The notes beneath the pieces are model-generated. The model searched no databases. It worked only from the letters and a program-made list of their open reading frames with translations, and was not told where the DNA came from. Source: Raja brachyura (Eukaryota). Taken from it: a stretch of DNA of 64,000 nucleotides. Below are positions 1 to 10,255 of this stretch, piece by piece. The stretch spans positions 36,890,001-36,954,000 of the forward strand of contig OY740803.1 of NCBI GenBank assembly GCA_963514005.1, written 5' to 3'. The translations under genes were made by a program, and so were the position numbers. Position 1 is the stretch's first letter; every line of letters begins with the position of its first letter.

Positions 1-382
1 ACCCGCCCCGATGTAGTGCCGCCCATGGAGTGCCGCAGCAGTGCCTGGCCTGTCGCTCCGTCGGCCGGCAGCCCGGCCAGCTGTCCGACCTTCAGACCTT
101 TGCTTATCGCCGACACCACCACCCCTCCTTCTCATGGCCGATCATCGGTTCATGAGTTGGATGGGGTGCCGGACTTTGTGTGCACATCGCGCACAAAGAC
201 CGGCACCCGCGCCAAAACTCCTCAGGTGGCCCGCCAGCTGGACTTTGTGTGCAGTCCAGAACCCGGGCCAACTCATCGTTAACCCAGCCACGGCCGAGTT
301 GGTCAACAAATTACCATGGGGAATCTGTCCCTTATTTTGACCTTTTGTCCCTTATTTGGGAGTGAGACAGTTGGCAATCCTA
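1..382. mobile_element. Right end of a GC-rich non-autonomous DNA transposon (hAT-like)
   Basis: Ends in ...gttggcaatccta, the reverse complement of a TAGG(G/A)TTGCCA hAT-type terminus. Abrupt switch from CpG-rich to AT-rich sequence. Confidence 0.5.
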
Positions 383-1089
383 CTGCAGCACCAGTTTGAT
401 TTTTGAGTTATATTTTGTCTAAATTCTACCTCCCATCCACTATCCCACTGTGTGCGTTGTGGTGTTCCACACCTGCCTGTTTGTCTCTTGATCTCATCCT
501 GGAGTTCAACTCCATAATGGAGGGGCACTAGAATTGAACTGGATCTGTAACCGTCTGACATCGAACATCAGCGCCTGATGCTCTGTACGAGCTGTATATT
601 AACAGATTTTTCTTTGAGAATGTGACATTACACGGTGATATGACTTTAGCTTATGCAGGGTAGTTTGAACAGAACTGTACAACTAAGAGTAAATATGACA
701 GATTTTTTGAATGTCAGTAGCAGCAACTTGTGGGTAATTAATCACCCATTTTTGCATGAATAACCTAGCCTAGCAGTGAAGGTGCATTCTGAACCAGTGT
801 GGAATGAAAGTGACTCCGGTTTTATGGGTGGCCTTTCCACCTTTTTGCGCAAATATCATTGCATGGAGCAAAGTGACTTTCCCTACTTAACCCAAGGATC
901 AAGGAATTATAGCACAGTTTCTGCCAATGAGGATCAGTGATCAGACTTTATAGATTTCTGTTCTGTATGAACCACTGTTGCTACTATATGGAGTAGAACC
1001 TCCAAACCTCACCCCCTAACCTTTCATGGTCTCTCACCTGATCTGTCTTTAACATTGAAGGCATTGTTAAGTGTAAATGCCCACTCTTG

Positions 1090-1220
1090 AAACTGATGGT
1101 ACGAAACTTTTGAGTTGACAGATTCCAGTATTCCTGACCTAAATGGATTTGGGACTTCCAAAGCCATTTAGGTCAGGAATACTGGAATCTGTGAACTCAA
1201 AGGTTTTGTGCCATCAGTTT
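1090..1220. repeat. 131-bp near-perfect palindrome (two 65-bp arms around C1155)
   Basis: Arm 1090-1154 matches the reverse complement of 1156-1220 at 59/65 positions. Confidence 0.95.
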
Positions 1221-1399
1221 GAGCTGAATTGGACCTGGTGTTTGAAAGGTTAAAAGGTTGATTTGCCAATTGGGCAAACCTGCTGCTATCAAATTGCCTC
1301 TGTCACCAAGGCCTCGGTTGCAGTATTATCAGATTGCAAATAAAAAAAACACATTTTTATCTCATGATCCTGTTGACTTTCCTCTTCTGTTTTTCTTAG

Positions 1400-1596
1400 G
1401 AAGAGCATGCATCCGTTCTTCTTATACTTTGCACCAGCCCATATGCATGTTCCTTTACAGTATGATTCTCAGTTTGCTAACACCTCAGCACGTGGTCCCT
1501 ATGGAGACGGCCTACGAGAGCTGGACCATGCGATCGGCCAGATCCTGGAGGAAGTTAATGCAGATTTTCAAAATAACACACTAGTGTGGTTTGCAG
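1400..1596 (+). CDS. ARSG: Arylsulfatase G internal coding exon (KSMHPFFLYFAPAHMHVPL...NNTLVWFAG)
   Basis: Acceptor ttttcttAG at 1398-1399 and donor GTaggg at 1597. The peptide has the sulfatase PFFLYxxxxHxHxP motif and resembles ARSG (LYxAxAHMHVPL...YGxGLxExD...NTxxWFxG). Confidence 0.93.
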
Positions 1597-1690
1597 GTAG
1601 GGGATGTGTATTCATTTTTTTTCATTCAGATACTTTTAAGACCTTATCTTTCACAGTTAATACGGTTAATAATACTCATGTTTTGTGCTG

Positions 1691-1765
1691 TACATACTAT
1701 TACCATAATGTTTCTATACATTGAACTATTGATACATACTATTACCATAATGCTTCTATACATTG
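1691..1765. repeat. 33-bp direct duplication
   Basis: tacatactattaccataatg(t/c)ttctatacattg at 1691-1723 and 1733-1765. Confidence 0.85.
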
Positions 1766-2069
1766 GGCACGGTGGCACAGTGGTAGAGTTGCTGCCTTAC
1801 AGCGCCAGCGACCAGGGTTCAATTCTGACTATGGGTGCTGTCTGTACGGAGTTTGTGCATTCTCCCCGTGACCGCATGGGTTTTCTCCGGGTGCTCCTAT
1901 TTCTTCCCACACTCCAAAGACTTACAGGTTTGTAGGTTAATTGGCTTTGGTAAAGATTGTAAATGTCCCCTTGTGTATAGGATAGTCACGTATAGGATAG
2001 GCTGGTCAACGTGGACTTGGTGGGCCAAAGGGCCTGATGCCGCGCAGTATCTCTCAGCTAAACTAAATT
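1765..2069 (+). mobile_element. tRNA-derived V-SINE (HE1-like), full length
   Basis: tRNA-like head (tggcacagtgg...ggttcaattc), central tgggttttctccgggtgctcc...cccacactccaaagac domain, CR1-like tail ending in (taaac)n. Confidence 0.8.
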
Positions 2070-2659
2070 AATCTTCTCCAGCATACTCCGTGCAAACATA
2101 ATTCCCCAGTTTGCCAGCATCACTGAAACTTTCCCTGCCTAGGTTACAGTCTAATTATACAATAGAAGTTACATTAAATCCCCTTTATTGTTATCCATCT
2201 TGCTTTGTAGAAAATGCACACTCTACTAAGCAAGCTTAAAAATGTAAACTTTACAGATGTTGAGTTGCTTGGTGTTTTGTTTGCAAATCGCAAATCCATA
2301 TTAATTGCATGAGTTACCAATTTAGCAAATTGAATGCAATGGTACCATGTGCACTTCAGTTGCATTTAGAATCAACTGTTTTATGATACAAGTCCTCTTG
2401 CAAAACCGATTTTGACAACTGCCCACCCGGCCAACACATTGCATGAAACTTTCAGATGAAATCTGCTTTTAGAAGTTGAATCTGCAACCTCTGGCTTTCC
2501 ACATTCAGGGTTGTTAGGTTTAGATAGGAGGTCCAGACAGTTATAAACACCACACTGAATAGGAGTTTTCACAAAGTTAAGATATCTGAGTCCTTTCTGT
2601 ACAAGAACTTGTGAACGTGAAATATGGCATTGGGGTTAATCCATTGATTGTCCAGCATA

Positions 2660-3375
2660 ACTATGGTGTAGCAAAGTGTGGAGTCATGCATTTTGATAGT
2701 CGGGATTATTTTCTAAATGGGGAGAGAATCCAGAAATTGGAGGTGCAAATGGATTTGGGAGTTCTGGTGCAGGATTCCCAAAAAGTTAATCTGCAAGTGA
2801 AATTGGCAGTAAAGAAAGCCAACACATTTATATCGAGAGGGCTTGTATACGCTCTATAAGGCGCTGGTCAGGCTGCATTTGGAATATTGTGAGCAATTGG
2901 GCACCATATCTGAGGAAGGATGCGCTGGCTCTGGAGAGGGTCCAGAGGAGATTTCCAAGTATGATCCAGGAATGAGTAAGTGAACATATGATGAGGGGGG
3001 ACCTCATTGAAACGTACAGAATTGTGAAAGGTTTGGATAGAGTGGATGTGGGGAGGATGTTTCCACTAGTGGGAGAGTCTAGGACTAGTGGTTATAGACT
3101 GAGAATTAAAGGATTTCTTTTAGGAAGGAGATGAGGAGGAATTTCTTTAGTTGGTGGTGAATCTGTGGAATTCTTTGCCATAGAAGTCTGTGGAGGACAA
3201 GTCAGTGGAAATATTTAAGGCAGAGATAGATAGATTCTTTATTAGTATGGGTGTCAGGTTATGGGGAGAAGGTAGAAGAATGGGGTTAGGAGGGAGCGAT
3301 AGATCAGTCATGATTGAAGGGCGGAGTAGACATGATGGGCCGAATGGCCTATTTCTGCTCCTATCACATGATCTT
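2660..3375 (+). mobile_element. CR1 LINE 3' fragment (degenerate)
   Basis: DLGVLV...KKAN and LWNSLP-type coding remnants plus the gatgggccgaatggcct tail. Confidence 0.8.
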
Positions 3376-3714
3376 GTGATCGTATGATAACTAGGAAGAG
3401 AAGAAATAGCTGGAAAACAAGTCCACATTGGTAGGAGTGGATGAGGATAAGGGCTATGGATAGGAGATGCTATCTTGCAAATTTCTGAGAATGCATATTG
3501 TATGCGTATTGGATTAAGAAGATAAGGTTCTTCAAAGCAATTATCACTGGGATGTGCAATCTGTTCCAGACAAAGGTCCATCAACTAGAGAGGATCACTC
3601 TTACAATGAAACCCATCCATAACATTATAGAAACCATAACAGCAGTTCTGAAATATTTTCCTATACCTGAACCAATTTGGATGTGCACCAAATACATGTC
3701 AGAGAGGACCATAG

Positions 3715-4027
3715 AGAGTTATAGGGAGAGGTTGAGCAGGCTAGGACTATTGGAGAATAGGAGGATGAGGGGTGATCTTATAGATGTTATAGACTATTGG
3801 AGCATAGGAGGATGAGGGGTGATCTCGTACCCAGATTAGGAGAATCGAGAACCAGTGGACATAGGTTTAAGGTGAGTGGGCAGAGATTTAGTAGTAACCT
3901 GAGAGGTAACATTTTCACACAAAGGGTGATGAGTGTATGGAATGAGCTGTCAGAGGAGGTAGTTGAGGCTGGGACAATCACAGCGTTTAAGAAACATCTA
4001 GATAGATACATGGATAGGGCAGGTTTA
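3715..4027 (+). mobile_element. CR1 3' fragment, interrupted; resumes at ~5591-5710
   Basis: RRMRGDL...FTQRVMSVWNEL...FKKHLDRYMD; the tail continues after the Rex1 insertion. Confidence 0.75.
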
Positions 4028-5590
4028 GTCAAAGTCAAGTCAAACAAACTTTATTGTCATTTAGAAATACATTGATATATGCAGTTCCAAACGAAATTAC
4101 GTTGCATTTGGCTCCCTGTGCAACACAATAAATTAACCGAAGGATAGGTATGTATGAAAAGGATAAATAGACAATAGTGGCAGCCCATTTACATGGCATT
4201 CAGGAGTCTGATGGCTCGTGGGAAGAAGCTGTTGCGGAACCTTGATGTTCTGCTCCTCATGCTGCGGTATCTTTTTCCCGAGGGCAGCAGAGTGAACAGT
4301 CCGTGATGGAGATGTGTGGGGTCCTTTATGATACTGCTGGCCTTAGACACACAGCGTTTGGTCGCAATATCCCCGATTGAGGGGAGAGAGGTCCCGATGA
4401 TTTTTTCCGCTGTCCTCACCACTCTCTGCACAGACTTCCAGTCGGAGGCTCTACAGTCCCCAAACCAGACAGAGATACAGCTGGTCAGAATACTCTCTAT
4501 GGTGCCCCTGTAGAAAGTAGTGAGGATGGGATGGGGGAGATGAGCTCTTCTCATCCGGCGCAGAAAGTGCAACCGCTGCTGCGCTCTCTTAACAGTTGAT
4601 GAGATGTTAGTCGACCAGGTCAGACTGTTAGTGACCTGCACCCCCAGGAACTTTGTGCTACTGACCACCTCCACATCGCTGTCATTGATGTGAAGTGGTG
4701 TGGGACTGTGCCGGGTTTTCCTGAAGTCGACGATAATCTCCTTTGTTTTCTCGACATTCAGGATCAGGTTGTTCGTATTGCACCAGTCCACCAGTTGTTT
4801 CACCTCCTCCCTGTAAGCCAGCTCATTGTCGTCCCTGATGAGGCCCACCACTGTTGTGTCATCTGCGTACTTCATGATGTGGTTTGTACTAAACCTGGCA
4901 CAACAGTCGTGAGTCGTCAGGGTGAACAGCAGTGGACTCAGGACACAGCCCTGAGGGGAGCCGGTGCTTAGAGAGATGGTATTGGAGGTGTTATTTCCAA
5001 CCCTCACAGACTGAGGTCTGTCAGTGAGGAAGTCCAGTAGCCAGTTACACATGGGGGTGCCGAGGCCCAATGGAACCAGTTTGCTTATCAGGTGCTGGGG
5101 GATAATGGTGTTGAATGCTGAACTGAAATCCACGAACAGCATTCGCACATAGGTGTTTTTCTCCTCTAAATGTTCCAGGCTCAGATGGAGCACGGAGGAT
5201 ATAGCGTCCTCTGTGGAGCGGTTTGGCCTGTAAGCAAACTGGTATGGGTCGAGTGTGGAGGGGAGTCTGGAGGTGATGTGGTCCCTGACCAGCCTCTCGA
5301 AGCACTTCATCATTATGGGGGTGAGTGCTACAGGGCGGTAGTCATTGAGACATTGTATGTTGGATTTTTTTGGCACAGGTATGATGGTGGCAGTCTTGAA
5401 ACATAATGGGACGACCGCCTGGTTCAGCGAGGTGTTAAATATGTCCGTAAGGACATGTGCCAGCTGATCAGCACATTCCCTGAGCACCCGCCCTGGTATG
5501 TTATCAGGGCCTGCCGCCTTTCGCGCGTTCACTCCTTTTAGGGACCTCCGAACATCCACTATGTCAAGACTGAGTGCCTTTTCCTCACAA
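4028..5590 (-). mobile_element. Rex1/Babar-clade LINE, 5'-truncated, with an uninterrupted RT ORF (4189-5559)
   Basis: 456-aa ORF with [45 protein letters not shown] and SFFPxAIRLLN motifs. AATAAA and a (TTGAC)-type tail on the minus strand. Confidence 0.92.
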
Positions 5591-6014
5591 TGGAGTGATA
5601 TGGGTCAAATACAGGCAGGTGGGACCAGTGTAGATGGGACATGTTGATCCATGTGGGCAAGTTGGGTCAAAGGGCCTGTTTTCACTCTGTGTGACCCTTG
5701 ACTCTATGACCATCATTGCCATTACCTGGTGTGCCCAACATAGTCCTTCGGACATTGGCTTCATAATAGAAAGCAGAGGATGAGGTAAAAATAAGCTTTT
5801 TATTATGGCTTAGGCAGCTAAAACATCAGAGATTGGGTATTCTGTATTGTCAGTCTCAACGACTACATCCCTAACCATTTACAACAACCAGAAGATATGA
5901 CAGGACTGTGATGAAATATTCTGTTATTTGCCTGAATAAATGCAGCACAATCAACACTGAAAGAAAAATTGACATAATCTAGAGCAAAACAATTTGCACC
6001 CCTTACATCAACTG

Positions 6015-6397
6015 AGGGCGACACAGTGGCACAGCAGTAGTGTTGCTGCCAGCACCAGAGACCTGGGTTCGATCCCCACTACGGATCCTGTCTGTATGGA
6101 GTTTGTATGTTCTCCCTGTGACCGCATGGGTTTTCTCCAAGATCTTCGGTTTCCTCCTACACTCCAAAGACGTACAGGTACTGACTTGGCTTCGACTTAG
6201 TTCCTCCCACACTGTTGAGTGCATTGGGCAGCAAGCTTTCGCCATTCTGTTCGGTTATGTGCGACGTCTTCCACCCTCGATAGGTTTGTGTCCCGGGGTC
6301 CCAAATCCTTCTGGAATGTTAGCCTCCATGTGAGTTTTGGTCGGCCTCTTTTCCTTCGAAGGGCCTGTTTCCGCGTTAAACTAAACTAAACTAAACT
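6015..6397 (+). mobile_element. HE1-like SINE interrupted by an RTE-type 3' fragment (~6180-6355, minus)
   Basis: SINE head and V-domain, then an insert encoding RKRGRPKLTW...NRTEWRKL on the minus strand, then the SINE tail (aaact)n. Confidence 0.65.
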
Positions 6398-6765
6398 TGA
6401 GGGTTTAATCCCTCCAGTACCAGTGTACTTAGCTTCAGTTTGTACCACCTACCTCATGCATGACAGAAAGTCATCAAGATTATTGCATCAATTTCTGCAA
6501 ATCCCACACCTTCTACAGTCTGAAAGTACTGGAGCAGCTATTGCAAACCTGCAGCACCAGAGGCAAGTTTTTACATGCATCTTAATCTAATCTGAAAAAT
6601 GTAACTGCATAAACTCAAAGTCCTGCAACCCTCTGCTTTGTAGCATTGCGAAAGAAACTTCGCCAAAACACTCTGACAGATGGAGAAAGTGACTGCTCAA
6701 GAAGGATTTCCCATATCCCATAAATGAACAATGGGAAACAAACTGTTTCACTGCAGTTCATGTCT

Positions 6766-6905
6766 TCTTCTTTTTCTTTCGTGTGGCGTGCACAGCCTAA
6801 AGTTGTTGGACAACTTGTTCTATTTGATCTTCCGTTTGTGCACGTCGAGTTGATTGCATTAGTCGAAACAGGGCGGACCACGTGAAGGTTGCAATCTTCC
6901 ACCCT
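6766..6905 (-). mobile_element. Short ribozyme-headed retroposon, copy 1
   Basis: 11-bp TSD agttcatgtct (6755-6765 / 6906-6916), GAA-rich 3' tail, near-identical to 9421-9554. Confidence 0.85.
6852..6905 (-). ncRNA. Minimal HDV/CPEB3-like ribozyme fold (54 nt)
   Basis: P1 AGGGUGG/CCGCCCU, P2 GAUUGCA/UGCAAUC, P3 ACC/GGU, L3 UUCACGU, J4/2 C-UAA with the putative catalytic C at 6862. Confidence 0.8.
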
Positions 6906-7164
6906 AGTTCATGTCTAAACTTTACTTTATTTTTGATGCCCTGCTTACCCAAAATAAATAAATACTAGAGCAAACCTAGTCAAAAAAACCAAGAAACTAA
7001 AGTCCAATCTTGATAACTATAGAGCAATACCTTACCGCCATTTAAGTTTTTCTTTTGTTGCAGTTTCCCAGTCCAAAACCTTAAATCACCAACAAATTGG
7101 AGAAGTAACATTTCCTGCATTCCCCTTCTAATTCCGCCAGTCTTACTGGTAGCCAGCATTAGGG

Positions 7165-7450
7165 GTGTCACAATGGCGCAGCGATAGAGTTGTTGCCTTA
7201 AGGTGCTAGATCCTGACTAGTGATCCAACCTGACTATGGGCTCAGTCTGTATGCAGTTTACACGTTTTCACTGTAACCGGGCGGGTTTTCTCCGGTTGGT
7301 CCGATTTCCTCCCACACTCCAAAGACATACAGGTTTGAAGGCTAATTGGCTTCGGTAACATTGTAAATTATCCCTAGTGTATAGGATAGTGCTAGTTTCT
7401 GGGGTGATCGCTGGTCGGCGCGGACTCATTGGGCCGAAGGGCCTGTATCT
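7165..7450 (+). mobile_element. HE1-like SINE
   Basis: Same head, V-domain and tail as 1765-2069. Confidence 0.75.
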
Positions 7451-7862
7451 TTACATCGTTTTTGTTCCTGCCCTTCTCTACATAAATTAAATGGATATTG
7501 CATCATATCAAGCCAGTGTCCTCAGGGATTGCTCAGGTAATTTGCTCAGGTAAACAAAAATCCATGCCAAATTTCAGATTGCTACTTTAATACATTTCAA
7601 AATCTGTCGTTCGCTTTCATTAGAAATGTTCTTTTGTGTATTTTTGAAATACTGAAACCTTGAACACTTTGCAGTTATTATTCTTCATAGTGTGACAATC
7701 GTCTAGTTTGACATTTTTTAATCTTAGATTTTTTCATATTTTTATTTGAGTTTTTCATGGTATTGCCTATGTACCTCATTTCCAATTCATGGTCTCTCCA
7801 TACAGTGAAATGTTGCAGTGGGAGAGAAATGCTCAGTGTGCACCCTGTGTGTTTCAGTATAA

Positions 7863-8327
7863 AGGGCCTGTCCCACTAGGCGATTTTTTAGGTGACTGCC
7901 GATGACTGTCATAGTCGTAGCAGGTCAACGAAAAACCGGCGACTATGATGTGCCTGTCCCACTTAGGCGATTTTTTAGGCGACTGCCGGCGACTATGACA
8001 ATGGAATTCACCAAAGTCAGCACCAGCAACAACCTACGTCACCTGGCGACATCCAACATCATCCTGGCGACAGCCTACGCCATCTTGGCAACAACCTACG
8101 ACAGCACCTACGTCAGGAGAAGACAAGCTATGACAAGCCCACGGTCGCTGACTGTCGCCGAAAAGTTTTGAACATTTCAAAATCCAGCGGCGACCAGTAA
8201 AATGCTATGACTCTTTGGGCGACTGAGGAGACTACTCACAACCATACAGGCGACACCCCGGTGACCATGTGGTGACAGCCGAGTCACTGGCAGTCACCTA
8301 AAAAATTGCCTAAGTGGAGCAGGCCCT
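7863..8327. mobile_element. PIF/Harbinger-type MITE
   Basis: TAA TSDs (7860-7862, 8328-8330) and ~40-bp TIRs starting AGGGCCTG. An extra internal copy of the left TIR lies at ~7952. Confidence 0.8.
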
Positions 8328-9420
8328 TAAGGAATCTAATGCCTCTTTTACCAAATAAACATGTTGCCAAAATATCAGCCAGTGCCAACATTAAGTTGCA
8401 CAACTTTCCGGTGTCTTTTAACACAACAAAGTAGTCTCTACAACATCATCTGGGACAAATTTAAAACTGAATGTCAGCAGGTGATGAAAGGGATTAACCA
8501 TTGGAACAGAATATCCCTATCTATCGCAGAAGGGGTGTTTCCAGCTCCACCCTTCCCTGCTGCCTAGTGATGTCCTCACCTGTATCTGGCATGCCCTCAA
8601 GATGAGAAATATCTGTCTCCACCTGCAGCTAATACATGCTCTCTTTCATTATTCATCACCTTGCTTTGCAAACCTACATGAAATATTGAAATTGTGTAGG
8701 TTTATGCAACATCTACTGTACTCTAAACTAGCTGCTGTTGTTGACAGATTATTTGTGCAGCAGATTATTTGCAGAAGTTTTGTAACTTATGGAAATTGCA
8801 CAAGAGCAAGAATTTTCTCATCCTGTACAGAAAGCAGAGACAAACTTGTAGAGACAGAAGAAGGCAGAGCGTGTGAATAGAACGAAATGTTACGCTGCAA
8901 TACTTTGGCAGCTCACAAAATACAGACTTAAAACACTGCACACTTTGTTCCCTCAATAACACCCTCTCTCTTTCTCTGTCACTTGTTCTGGCACATCATA
9001 CAGTACATATACATGCACATTTTAGATGTAATGGCCAATATTACGATACCAATATAGCGCTCTTCTTATAAATATTCACCTGGTGGATGTGTGTTGTTTT
9101 TTAACTTATGGGACATGCTTTAAGCTCTGTTATAGCCACAGAAGGATTGATGCTGAAATATGATGAATGTTTAAAGTGCACAAATTCACAACAGATTTCA
9201 AATAACATGTATCATTAAGGTGCGAGCATCATTCATTACCTATGTTGCAATCTAACAATCATTTAGCATTATAACTTAGATTAAACATCCAGAAATGAGT
9301 AAACAAGTTGGATATCTCTGTTCTGCTTATTTCAATCAGCTTCTCCATATGTGGTCCATTTTTCTTAGGACTGGAGACATACTATTGTTAAAACATCAGT
9401 GATGTTCTTACATTTCCACT

Positions 9421-9554
9421 TCTTCTTTTGTGTGGCGTGCACAGCCTAAAGTTGTTGGACAACTTGTTCTATTTGATCTTCCGTTTGTGTACGTCGAGTT
9501 GATTGCATTAGTCGAAACAGGGTGGACCACGTGAAGGTTGCCATCATCCACCCC
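9421..9554 (-). mobile_element. Short ribozyme-headed retroposon, copy 2
   Basis: 11-bp TSD acatttccact / acattttcact (9410-9420 / 9555-9565), GAA-rich tail. Confidence 0.85.
9501..9554 (-). ncRNA. Minimal HDV/CPEB3-like ribozyme fold (54 nt)
   Basis: P1 GGGGUGG/CCACCCU with a G1:U wobble, P2 GAUGGCA/UGCAAUC (one mismatch), P3 ACC/GGU, L3 UUCACGU, putative catalytic C at 9511. Confidence 0.8.
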
Positions 9555-9770
9555 ACATTTTCACTACCTAAGCAATTCAATGATTGATGTCCAAAGAATT
9601 AAGTCATGTACGGCACCATTTCATACTGGCAAGTATCCAAATTCATACAATAATAAAGATGTTGCAATGGTTCTGATTTTCTAGTATCCATTGGTGTTTT
9701 CCATTGAAAGTTTGACTAAAATTAAAAAGCTCACTGCATTAGAAATTACATATGTAGAAGCTTGCAACTT

Positions 9771-9930
9771 AGATAGACACGTAATGCTGGAGTAGCAGCA
9801 GGTCAGGCAGCATCTCTGGAGAGAAGGAATAGGTAACGTTTCGGGTGACAGACTGATCAAGGGTCTCGACCCGAAACATCACCTATTCCTTTTCTCCAGA
9901 GATGCTGGTTGACCCACTTATTTACTCCAT
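9771..9930. repeat. Penelope-derived palindromic element
   Basis: Inverted arms gctggagta...gcagcatctctggaga...gtttcggg / cccgaaac...tctccagagatgctg...tactcca. Confidence 0.7.
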
Positions 9931-9932
9931 CC

Positions 9933-10207
9933 AGTGGTAGAGTTGCGGCGCTGGACACCCGGTTTCGATCCCGACTACTGGTGCTGTCTGTACGGAGTTT
10001 GTACGTTCTCCGTGTGACCTGCGTGGGTTTTCTCCGAGATCTTTGGTTTCCTCCCACACTCCAAAGACGTACAGGTTTGTAGGTTAATTGGCTTGGTAAA
10101 TGTAAAAATAGTCCCTAGTGGGTGTAGGTTAGTATTAATGTGTGAGGATCGCTGGTCGGCGTGAACCCAGTGGGCCGAAGGGCCTGTTTCCGCGCTGTAT
10201 CTCTAAA
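9933..10207 (+). mobile_element. HE1-like SINE
   Basis: B-box gtttcgatccc, V-domain and CR1-like tail. Confidence 0.75.
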
Positions 10208-10255
10208 CCTGCAGTTCCTTTTTTACACACAAAGCTTGTTTCTTAACATGTTGTA

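Noticed and set aside
1597-1724. Continuation of ORF 1407-1724 past ...VWFAG
   Set aside because: Sulfatase similarity stops at the GT donor at 1597; the rest is intron read-through.
1765-1835. tRNA genes at SINE heads (also ~41780 and ~21910)
   Set aside because: A/B boxes run directly into the V-SINE body with no complete cloverleaf.
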